Shown here piece by piece: positions 53,935 to 63,715 of a stretch of DNA of 64,000 nucleotides. This DNA comes from Octopus sinensis (lineage: Eukaryota): positions 110,360,001 to 110,424,000 of the forward strand of contig NC_043002.1 in the NCBI RefSeq assembly GCF_006345805.1. The letters run 5' to 3'. The notes below the pieces were generated by a model. The model saw only the letters and a program-made list of their open reading frames with translations, did no database searches and was not told where the DNA came from. Made by a program: the position numbers and the translations under genes. Every line of letters starts with the position of its first letter. Position 1 is the first letter of the stretch.

Positions 53935-54233
53935 GAACGTGGCCATTGCCAGCGCCACCTCGACTGGCCTCCATGCTGGTGGCACGTAAAAAGCACCAAC
54001 TGATTGTGGCTGTTGCCAGCCTCGCCTGGCACCTGTGCTGGTGGCACGTAAAAAGCACCCACTACACTCATGGACTGGTTGGCATTAGGAAGGGCATCCA
54101 ACTGTAGAAACACTGCTAGATCAGACTGGGTCCTGGTGCAGCCTCCTGGCTTCCCAGACCCCAGTCAAACCGTCCAACCCATGCTAGCATGGAAAGCGGA
54201 CGTTAAACGATGATGATGATGACAATGATGATG
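53935..54233 (+). mobile_element. RTE-type 3' tail
   Basis: Shared motifs and (GAT)n end. Confidence 0.8.
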
Positions 54234-55014
54234 ATATATATATATATATATATACACACACCTATATAACTTTATAAATATACATGTATGCTTGAATTTT
54301 CTAGCATTTATAGTTGCATAAATTTAAAATAAACAGTTTACAGCTGAAAGAAAAATTTCACAAAAATAAACTATTAAAACTAGAATTGATTTTTTAAAAT
54401 TAGATCAAAAAAAAAAGGGAAAGAAGATTTACAGAAAAGAGTCATTCACTTATGATATGCGAAGAAGTAAAAACTCTCTTTGATGTTGAAGAAATATCTT
54501 CTATTCATTGAAAAAGAGCTTAGATATCTAAAAAAAAATCTCTGAAAAATGAGGAAAATAAAACTATTTGAGGACAAAATATTTTCCTTGCAAAATGCAT
54601 TTTGCAGAAAATACATTTTTGTTTGAAGCATTTGAACTAATTTTGCTTGTATTTTTTCAATTACTCATAAATTTGTTCATTTATTTATTGTTAATTTTTA
54701 TTTAAAATAGATAAAATTAATTGAATATATAGTGCACAGACTATTGTAGATATGAAAACATATTAAAAATATTTGAAACACATCTAAATTTCATTATATA
54801 AGTGGTGAAAATTTTCTAAAATTCATATTTTTAATTTCTACTGTTATTTTTTCATTTATTGAAAATGATACTTAGAGTCCCACAGAAACTGAAATATTCA
54901 GAACAATTTCCTCTAAATGTGAGATTTGGTTTGATATAGTTACCAAATGAAAATGAATATAATTGCTAGGTCTCATTTTGAAAATAGATATTGTAGACAA
55001 AAAAATATATGTGC

Positions 55015-55500
55015 GTGTATGTATGTATGTATGTATGTATGTATGTATGTATGTATGTATGTATGTATGTATGTATATGTATGTATGTGTGTATGTATGT
55101 ATTTATATGTATGCATGTATGTGTGTGTGTATGTATGTATGCATGCATGTATGTATGTATGTATGTATGTATGTATGTATGTATGCATGCATGCATGCAT
55201 GTATGTATGTATGTATGCATGCATGCATGCATGTATGTATGTATGTATATATGTATGTATGTATGTATGTATTTATATGTATGTATGTATTTATATGTAT
55301 GCATGTATGTGTGTATGTATGTATGTATGCATGCATGTATGTATGTATTTATATGTATGCATGTATGTGTGTGTGTATGTATGTATGCATGCATGTATGT
55401 GTGTGTATGTATGTATGTATGCATGCATGTATGTATGTATGTATGTATGTATGTATGTATGTATGTATGTATGTATGTATGTATGTATGTATGTATGTAT
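55015..55500. repeat. (ATGT)n/(ATGC)n compound microsatellite
   Basis: Direct reading; source of the MYVC and HTYI ORFs. Confidence 0.95.
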
Positions 55501-55670
55501 GCCATTATTCAGTTTTATTTCACAATTTCTTAACAATAGAGAAAGAGCCAGTTTCTAACCTAGATCCAAGGCTTCTTCAATGGAATTTCAATAACATCAA
55601 TAGGATGTTTTTGTATGTATGTATGTGTGTGTGTGTGTGTATGTGTGTGTATGTGTGTGTATCTATGTAC

Positions 55671-56057
55671 ATACTCTCCTTTACTCTTTTACTCTCTTAC
55701 TTGTTTCAGTCATTTGACTGCGGCCATGCTGGAGCACCGCCTTTAGTCGAGCAAATCGACCCCGGGACTTATTCTTTGTAAGCCCAGTACTTATTCTATC
55801 GGTCTCTTTTGCCGAACCGCTAAGGGACGGGGACATAAACACACCAGCATCGGTTGTCAAGCAATGCTAGGGAGACAGACACTCAAACACATACAAACAC
55901 ATTCATATATATATACATATATATGACAGGCTTCTTTCAGTTTCCGTCTACCAAATCCACTCACAAGGCATTGGTCGGCCCGGGGCTATAGCAGAAGACA
56001 CTTGCCCAAGGTGCCACGCAGTGGGACTGAACCCGGAACCATGTAGTTGGTAAGCAC
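55671..56057 (-). mobile_element. S1 SINE
   Basis: Reverse complement of the S1 pattern. Confidence 0.88.
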
Positions 56058-56074
56058 AGATTTGTTTTGTTTTA

Positions 56075-56880
56075 TGTATGTCTTCTAATGCATACAGTTG
56101 CTTGTCTAGATGTGTGCATATATACTTAAATGATAAACTTCCGGAAAGTTTTACAAATTTTTACAGTTCCAGTGATGGTTTGGATCTGCAGTCTTCAAAT
56201 CAGCTTTCTCCTTTCTGGTTTTCAGAAACCAAATTTCTTAAGATTGGTATTTAGGCATTGTATTACATATCCCAGTGCCCCAGTAATTACAGGCATAAAC
56301 CTCAACTCGTAATCTGGATAGAGTAACTACAGATTTCTCAATAGTTCAGCATAGCTATTCTCTATTTGGGGCAGTTGATTTTCTCAACTGCACCACCATC
56401 CGATTGTGGCCATTCACCAGCCTCGTGTGGTACCTGTGTCGGTGGCACATAAAAAGCACCCACTACACTCACGGAGTGGTTGGCGTTAGGAAGGGCATCC
56501 ACTGTAGAAACACTGCCAGATCTGACTGGCCTGGTGCAGCCTTCGAGCTTCCCAGACCCCAGTTGAACCGTCCAACCCATGCTAGCATGGAAAGCGGACG
56601 TTAAACGATGATGATGATGTCCCAAATCATTATATCAGGACCATTGTGTTTACATGGTCTTGAGGTTTTCACTGGGACATTCCACCAGGACACTTATTTA
56701 TTATGAGTGACTATGGCTTCCACCATACTATAGGTTCTTATTTCTTTGTTCTTGGGGTTATCCTTTTGACAGATCTTATTATACAGTGTCCTAGATAATA
56801 CCATGATGACATTTTTGGACAACAGCTTATGATGTGGGTGATATCTTTGGTGTTAACTCCACAAAGTCTGTATTGGTTGT
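56075..56880 (-). mobile_element. R4/Dong-like RLE endonuclease fragment, interrupted by an RTE tail (56398-56618)
   Basis: DITHIISCCPKMSS; WWNVPVKTSRPCKHNGPDIMIW; PDYELRFMPVITGALGYV...TITGTVKICKTF. Confidence 0.75.
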
Positions 56881-56994
56881 TATATTTTACTGCTTTTTCT
56901 GAATTTATATATATATATAGATAGATAGATAGATAGATAGATCACTAGCCACTACACATTCTTTATTTTCTCTCCCTGTTTCTTTCTGTGTATA

Positions 56995-57030
56995 CTTTCT
57001 GTGGAAGAGTGCAAGCTCGAAACGTTAAAA
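56995..57030 (+). ncRNA. Minimal hammerhead-like motif, family B copy 2
   Basis: UUU-CUGUGGA-A-GAGU(GCAA)GCUC-GAAA-CG-UU|AAA. Confidence 0.45.
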
Positions 57031-57187
57031 ACTTTTACACTTCCCGAGTGTTAAACTAATACACCTGTTTATTGTCTGCACCACCTGTCTTCGACTTTTT
57101 TTTATTTTTTAATTCTCCCTATATTTTTTTTTTTTTTGTACTTGTTTCAGTCATTTGACTGCGGCCATGCTGGAGCACCGCCTTTAG

Positions 57188-57354
57188 AGTGATGAAAGAG
57201 TACAGCAGGGATCACCACCTCCTGCCGGGGCCTCGTGGAGCTTTTAGGTGTTTTTTTCGCTCAATAAACACACACAACGCCGGTCTGGGAATCGAAACCG
57301 CGATCCTCCGACCACAAGTCCGCTGCCCTAACCACTAGGCCATTGCGCCTCCAC
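57188..57354 (-). mobile_element. S4 SINE 5' half, joined to an S1 tail fragment (57133-57187)
   Basis: Sequence match to both families. Confidence 0.75.
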
Positions 57355-57363
57355 ATATATATA

Positions 57364-57424
<61 letters not shown>

Positions 57425-57471
57425 ATATATTATATATATATATATTATATATATATATATATAATATATAT

Positions 57472-57537
<66 letters not shown>

Positions 57538-57620
57538 TATATTTTCAATATGTGACCGCGTGTGTATCATTGGCAATTTTCTTTCTCCGTCTTCCCTTCC
57601 TTGAAACTTTCCTTTTTCTA

Positions 57621-57657
57621 GGTTACCGAAGAAGAACTCTGCTTGAAACGTTAAATC
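57621..57657 (+). ncRNA. Decayed hammerhead-like motif, family A copy 2
   Basis: GGUUA-CCGAAGA-A-GAAC(UCU)GCUU-GAAA-CG-UU|AAAU. Confidence 0.4.
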
Positions 57658-57767
57658 TTCCTTCTATCTTTCCTTTCCTGAGCATCCAATAACACTATAC
57701 TTGTTTCAGGTCCTCGCATTGTTGTGTTTGCTCTTTGTTCATGTTTGGATTAACTATATATATGTAT

Positions 57768-57823
<56 letters not shown>

Positions 57824-57949
57824 TAAATCAGAGACAAAACCACTATTAGGCAAATCAAACAATGAAAAACTTAAGCCAATACATAAGATTATTTAATTTA
57901 TATTATTTAAATATATAACAAAATTATTTAAAAAATATAATTAATATCA

Positions 57950-58013
57950 CACTACGATCGTTTCATGCCTGCTAACTTCTTCAAATTTTTGAGTCGCAGT
58001 CATTCATCAGGCG
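57950..58013 (-). ncRNA. Type-I hammerhead ribozyme, left arm
   Basis: CGC-CUGAUGA-AUG a CUGC...GCAG g CAU-GAAA-CGAUCG-UA|GUG. The core is fully canonical; helix III palindrome ACGAUCGU; predicted cut at 57953/57952. Confidence 0.8.
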
Positions 58014-58040
58014 GTTTCTCGCCAAGATAAATATTTAAAC

Positions 58041-58104
58041 CACCTGATGAATGACTGCGACTCAAAAATTTGAAGAAGTTAGCAGGCACGAAACGATCGT
58101 AGTG
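58041..58104 (+). ncRNA. Type-I hammerhead ribozyme, right arm
   Basis: CAC-CUGAUGA-AUG...CAC-GAAA-CGAUCG-UA|GUG. Predicted cut after 58101; the first helix II pair is A-C in this arm. Confidence 0.78.
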
Positions 58105-58327
58105 TGATATTAATTATATTTTTTAAATAATTTTGTTATATATTTAAATAATATAAATTAAATAATCTTATGTATTGGCTTAAGTTTTTCATTGTTTGAT
58201 TTGCCTAATAGTGGTTTTGTCTCTAATTTAATATAATATAATATTTTACTATAAAATTGGATTCAATCCTAAATCTGATTTTTCCCTGTAAGTTTGGATT
58301 TATTCCCTAATATTTATTATATATATA

Positions 58328-58412
<85 letters not shown>

Positions 58413-58544
58413 GTGTCTGTGTTTGTGCCCCTAGTATTGCTTGACAACCGATGCTAGTGTGTTTACGTCCCCATCACTTAGCGCTTCGGCAAAAGAGACC
58501 GATAGAATAAGTACTGGGCTTACAAAGAATAAGTAAATATGTAA

Positions 58545-58830
58545 ATATGGGTTGCAAATTCAGAAACTTAATTTACTGTGCCACATGCCCTGAATGGAAA
58601 GAATACTACATTGGTGAAACGGGTATTGGATTATATGAGAGAGTAAGAGTACATAAACAACAAATCCGTAATACTTCCATTAGAAATACAACTTTCAGTG
58701 AACACTTCGAAAAAAGTGGGAAAAGGAAATTCAAAATTTTCCATTTCTTCAAACTATGAACAGAAAATGAAGATTTTCATGAGGCCAAAGAAGAATACTT
58801 TATTTGAAAATACCAACCAAAACTGAACGA
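58545..58830 (+). mobile_element. Penelope-like GIY-YIG endonuclease fragment
   Basis: NLIYCATCPEWKEYYIGETG...RVRVHKQQI...FSEHF...KYQPKLN. Confidence 0.88.
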
Positions 58831-59386
58831 GATATAATGCCAAAACAACCAGAACTACCACCTTAACAATCCTTCTTTCTCCTCCTCCTTCTTTCTTCCT
58901 CCTTTTTCTCCTGCTTCCTTCTCTTTCTCCTTCTTCCTTCTTCACCTTCTCCTTCATCTTCTACACATATGTTTTTGTATTCTTTTTATCAGGCCATTAA
59001 GAATGGAATATCCGATTTTCTTATGCACTGAGTTTGACAATCATTAACTCTAATGTTTTATCCTGAAAATTCTTTTATTTTACAACATTGACAAGTTACA
59101 TCATCATTTCTTTCAAAATGCAATTCATGGTGTCTGATCATGTTGTGAGTTTTCTCTTGTAAAACAATTTTCATGAACCAGTGGATAGATCAAAAGTTTG
59201 TGTTGCTTATGAATATGAGTTCCATCATGGGTCCAATGCATCCCATACAGCTTGAAACATCAATGAGGTGTTTGGTGAAAATGTGTATACACACATAAAT
59301 ACACACACATACACACACACATATGTACAAATATACAAATATATGTGTATATGTACACATATATATATATATATATATATACATCT

Positions 59387-59743
59387 GTGGAGGCGCAATG
59401 GCCCAGTGGTTAGGGCAGCGGACTCGCGGTCATAGGATCGCGGTTTCGATTCCCAGACCGGGCGTTGTGAGTGTTTATTGAGCGAAAACACCTAAAAGTT
59501 CCACGAGGCTGTACTCTTTCACCACAACTTTCTCTCACTCTTACTTCCTGTTTCTGTTGTACCTGTATTTCAAAGGGCCGACCTTGTCACTCTCTGTGTC
59601 ATGCTGAATATCCCCGAGAACTACGTTAAGGGTGCACGTGTCTGTGGAGTGCTCAGCCACTTACACGTTAATTTCACGAGCAGGCTGTTCCATTGATTCA
59701 GATCAACCGGAACTCTCATCGTCGTAACCGACGGAGTGCTTCC
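59387..59743 (+). mobile_element. S4 SINE
   Basis: TSD ATATATACATCT. Confidence 0.88.
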
Positions 59744-60046
59744 ATATATACATCTACACCACTGTACGTCGATGGTTTGAGAAGTTCCAGTCTGATTAAT
59801 TTACTCTTGAAAATCAGCCCTGTGGTAGACCTGAGACCAAGATGAATAATGATGAGCCGCAAAATGTAGTGCAAGTGGATACATCTCAAACTATGTGTGA
59901 GTTAGCAGCAAAGTTTGATGTTTCGATTCCAACTGTATTGAACCATCTGAAACAAATTGGTAAGATAAAGAAGCTGGACAGTTGGGTGCTACACGAACTG
60001 AATGAGCATCAACTGATACATTGTCTTGAAACTTGCTGTTCTTTGC

Positions 60047-60300
60047 TGTCATCATCATCAATCATCATCATCATCGTTTAACATCCGCTCTCCATGCTAG
60101 CATGGGTTGGACGGTTCAACTGGGGTCTGGGAAGCCTGAAGGCTGCACCAGGCCAGTCAGATCTGGCAGTGTTTCTACAGCTGGATGCCCTTCCTAACGC
60201 CAACCACTCCGTGAGTGTAGTGGGTGCTTTTTATGTGCCACCGACACAGGTGCCAGACGAGGCTGGCGAACGGCCACACTCGGGTGGTGTTTTTTTATGT
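60047..60300 (-). mobile_element. RTE-type 3' tail inserted in the mariner
   Basis: Reverse complement of the shared tail. Confidence 0.8.
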
Positions 60301-60718
60301 GCCCATGGCATAAAAGCAAACCATTTTTGCAATGCATTGTTACGTGTAATGAAAAACGAATTCTTTTCAACAAGGGTTCTGCATGGTTGTTGGATAGATA
60401 CAAAGTGCCAAAACACAATCCAAAAAAGAATATTCAGTAAAAAAAGTTAATGGTGTCTGTTTGATGGTCCAGTGCTGGTGTCATCCACTATAGTTTCATG
60501 AGACCTGGTAAGTCAATTACAGCGGATGCATACATCAGCCAATTGGATGAAATGATGAGTGAACTTGCAATTAAACAACCGAGATAGGTCAATAGAGACA
60601 AGCCAATTCTCTTGCAAGACAATACGTGACCACACGTTGTACAAAGGACACTACTTGTCGGTCAAGATACATGTAAGCTCCAAGGTAAGGTCTTGTATCA
60701 ATTTCTATCTATAGGAAT

Positions 60719-60782
60719 ATTCCCCTGAAGAGACGAATGGGACCCTTAATAGGTTCCTAACATCGAAGTTGCAATAGAGAAT
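60719..60782 (+). ncRNA. Hammerhead motif (GAAG variant)
   Basis: AUUCCC-CUGAAGA-GA...GGGACC(CUUAAUA)GGUUCC...UC-GAAG-UUGCAA-UA|GAGAAU. Helix I has 5 of 6 pairs; palindrome UUGCAA. Confidence 0.6.
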
Positions 60783-61065
60783 TAACCTTTTTTTTGCAAG
60801 TTGTGGATTTTATGTCATGTCGTCTGAAGACAGCATTTATTATGAAGAGATATAATGAGTGATGATAGTGGCTTTATAGTGGTTTTTGATTGTTATTTCT
60901 AAACATGTCAGGGATTTTGAAACCCTCTTAATTATAATATGAAACTTGTTGAGAGATTTAGAAATGTATTACTTCTATTTTCGAAAATCAGTGAATGTAT
61001 TTCACTTGAAATATATATGTTTTCAAAGGCAAATAGACATCGGCAGCTAGCAAGCCATGCTACTC

Positions 61066-61104
61066 CAGACTGATGATGAGCAATGACTCTGAAACTAGTC
61101 CCTG
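61066..61104 (+). ncRNA. Minimal hammerhead motif
   Basis: CAGA-CUGAUGA-U-GAG(CAAUGA)CUC-U-GAAA-CUAG-UC|CCUG. Palindrome ACUAGU; the first helix I pair is mismatched. Confidence 0.6.
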
Positions 61105-61350
61105 CTTGCTGGTTTTGCTGGGTGGAAGTGCTTATCTCCCCTTTGAAAACATAAGGACACAGGAAATGTGTCAAGGCCAACAGGAAATGGTGTTTCCTAG
61201 GGCTAAATAGCAGTAGCATTCTTCCCTTCATGGGACTGTCACATTAAGTTGACAACATACCGTCACTTTAATAAATAATTGTTTATGATATATACTTTGT
61301 AATGTAATATTACATTACTTTTTAATTATATATATATATATATAATATAT

Positions 61351-61481
61351 ATATATGAATAAATAAATGGAGTTTAACGCAGGTGTAATCAAATATTTTA
61401 CTTTCGACACATGTTTCGAAAATTCGAAAGTAAAAATATTTGATTACACCTGCGTTAAACTCCATTTATTTATTCATATAT
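61351..61481. repeat. 57-bp inverted repeat (one indel, 16-bp spacer) in (TA)n
   Basis: Arms 61351-61407 and 61424-61481. The same terminal sequence occurs singly at ~22400. Confidence 0.9.
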
Positions 61482-61632
61482 TATTCAAAATATTCAACGT
61501 AAACACAAAGTTTCTACCTTTATAAACAAGGAGTTACAACACCTTTACTTGTGAGATTTTTGCTGCCCTGGTAACTATTCATTTATTTTTTCCGTGTTAA
61601 TTGTTAACAAGGTAAAAATACACTCATCTATT

Positions 61633-61677
<45 letters not shown>

Positions 61678-62002
61678 TGATGGGGAGAGAAAGAGATGGA
61701 GAGAGGGTGAGAGAAAGGAGGAAGATGGTTTGGAAGGGAGTGAGGGACGGAGTTATCTAGATCATCTGGTGCAAAAGTGAGGCAGAGCTCTGCGGGAGTT
61801 TTCAGTATGAGGGAAAAGGAAGGTGATTTCACGGTAGCGAGAATAGATTGCTGGTATACGAGAGAAGGTATTTCCAGTATTGGTGGTGGGGACAGGAAAA
61901 GGTGGGCGCCTCGTGAAAAATCGAAGTACGGGCTAGCTTTGCATTAAGATTACGAAGTTAATTTAACCCAGGATCGTTTAGCATGTTAGTAATGCAAGTT
62001 AA

Positions 62003-62387
62003 GGAGGCGCAATGGCCCAGTGGTTAGGGCAGCAGACTCACGGTCATAGGATCGCGGTTTCGATTCCCAGACCGGGCGTTGTGAGTGTTTATTGAGCGAA
62101 AACACCTAAATCTCCACGAGGCTCCGGCAGGGGATGGTGGTGATCCCTGCTGTACTCTTTCACCACAACTCTCTCTCTCTCTTACTTCCTGTTTCTGTTG
62201 TACCTGTATTTCAAAGGGCCAGCCTTGTCACTCTCTGTGTCATGCTGAATATCCCCAAGAACTACGTTAAGGGTACACGTGTCTGTGGAGTGCTCAGCCA
62301 CTTACACGTTAATTTTATGAGCAGGCTGTTCCGTTGGTCGGATCAACCGGAACCCTTGTCGTCGGAACCGATGGAGTGCTTCCATCC
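62003..62387 (+). mobile_element. S4 SINE, full length
   Basis: TSD AAT(G/A)CAAGTTAA. Confidence 0.88.
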
Positions 62388-62876
62388 AATACAAGTTAAA
62401 TAAATGAAGAGAATGATGAACGATTAAAAAGCGAGAGAATTTTTTAGCTTAGAGGTTGGACATTTCATGTCATGATATGATGGTATCTAATAGCACAGTA
62501 AGAAAGAAGGTTTGGGAGGAAAGCCATATGTTTTTATAGTCTTACAGCCATGAGTGATCAAAGTGTGGCTGGCTTCACCACAAAGGAGTCGAAATAACAG
62601 CTAAGGACAACAATAAGCAATAGTGAAATGGAAGGAAATGGCTAGCTTCACCACAAGAAAATCGAAAACCTCAAGAATGATTAGCATGTCAATAATACAA
62701 GTAAGATGAATATGTAAATATATTATTAAGTCACACGGAATTAGGATAGATTTTTTTCTAACACAAAAATCTTTCACAAATCATCTCTTTGCATAATGAT
62801 AAGTTGTTAGATACAAATCCACTTAATGAAAATACATGAATTTCGTTAACATTAACCATTCTTTAAATAATATTAA

Positions 62877-63283
62877 CAGGCACAGGAGTGGCTGTGTGGT
62901 AAGTAGCTTGCTAACCAACCACATGGTTCCGGGTTCAGTCCCACTGCGTGGCATCTTGGGCAAGTGTCTTCTGCTATAGCCCCGGGCTGACCAATGCCTT
63001 GTGAGTGGATTTGGTAGACGGAAACTGAAAGAAGCCTGTCGTATATATGTATATATATATATATGTTTGTGTGTGTGTGTATATGTTTGTGTGTCTGTGT
63101 TTGTTCCCCTAGCATTGCTTGACAACCGATGCTGGTGTGTTTACGTCCCCGTCACTTAGCGGTTCGGCAAAAGAGACCGATAGAATAAGTACTGGGCTTC
63201 CAAAGAATAAGTCCTGGGGTCGATTTGCTCGACTAAAGGCGGTGCTCCAGCATGGCCGCAGTCAAATGACTGAAACAAGTAAA
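62877..63283 (+). mobile_element. S1 SINE
   Basis: S1 head, core and tail. Confidence 0.88.
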
Positions 63284-63626
63284 GCCAACTTCAATCGCAA
63301 TCGTTTTCTTAGCAGTAATTCTAAGACTAGAACCTCTATTCATCAATGTAAACTTACTTCTGGTTCTGACATCACTTTTTTATATAGGTAGTTCTTCATC
63401 TCAGTTGTCGAAAAGAATATCTAATCATTACTCTACATTTAGGCATATCAATAAATGTAACAATACTGGGCTTAGTAAAATAATTACAAGGTCAATCATC
63501 CCTGAAAGTTTCATCTGAATCCATTCTGAAGTTCTTGAGATATCTTGTCCACAGACAAACAAGCAAACACAGCTGAAAACAATACCTCTGCCTTTGCTAA
63601 GGCAGAGGTGATAATATATATGTCAA

Positions 63627-63699
63627 GGTTCCATGGTGTAGTGGTTATCACATCTGCTTACCACGCAGAAGGTCGTGAGTTCGAAACTCGCTGGAACCT
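63627..63699 (+). tRNA. tRNA gene or pseudogene: Val(TAC)-type body with anticodon ACC
   Basis: GGTTCCA/TGGAACC acceptor stem, GTG/CAC D stem, TCTGC/GCAGA anticodon stem with loop TTACCAC, GTGAG/CTCGC T stem with TTCGAAA loop, T7 terminator at 63708-63714. Confidence 0.8.
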
Positions 63700-63715
63700 A
63701 GTGAGACTTTTTTTG

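Larger units (their letters stand above)
57814..58240. repeat. 204-bp near-perfect inverted repeat (3 mismatches seen, 19-bp spacer) in (TA)n; probable inverted PLE pseudo-LTR pair
   Basis: Arms 57814-58017 and 58037-58240 compared by eye. Confidence 0.95.
59170..60660 (+). mobile_element. One decayed mariner transposase carrying two nested insertions
   Basis: MDRSKVCVAYEYEFHHGSNASHTA*NINEVFGEN | SINE | TVRRWFEKFQSD...KKLDSWVLHEL...SLLS | RTE tail | HKSKPFLQCIVTCNEK...WSSAGVIHY...LLQDN. Confidence 0.85.

Noticed and set aside
54446-54520. Short minus-strand exon candidate (YLSSFSMNRRYFFNIKESF)
   Set aside because: Short, AT-rich, unrecognised and within chance expectation.
54947-55781. Cys/Met-rich 200-270 aa ORFs
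   Set aside because: Translations of (ATGT)n.
63570-63612. Hairpin TACCTCTGCCT-TTGCTA-AGGCAGAGGTG as a terminator or tRNA regulatory element
   Set aside because: More likely the end of a small DNA-type repeat; the other end could not be identified.
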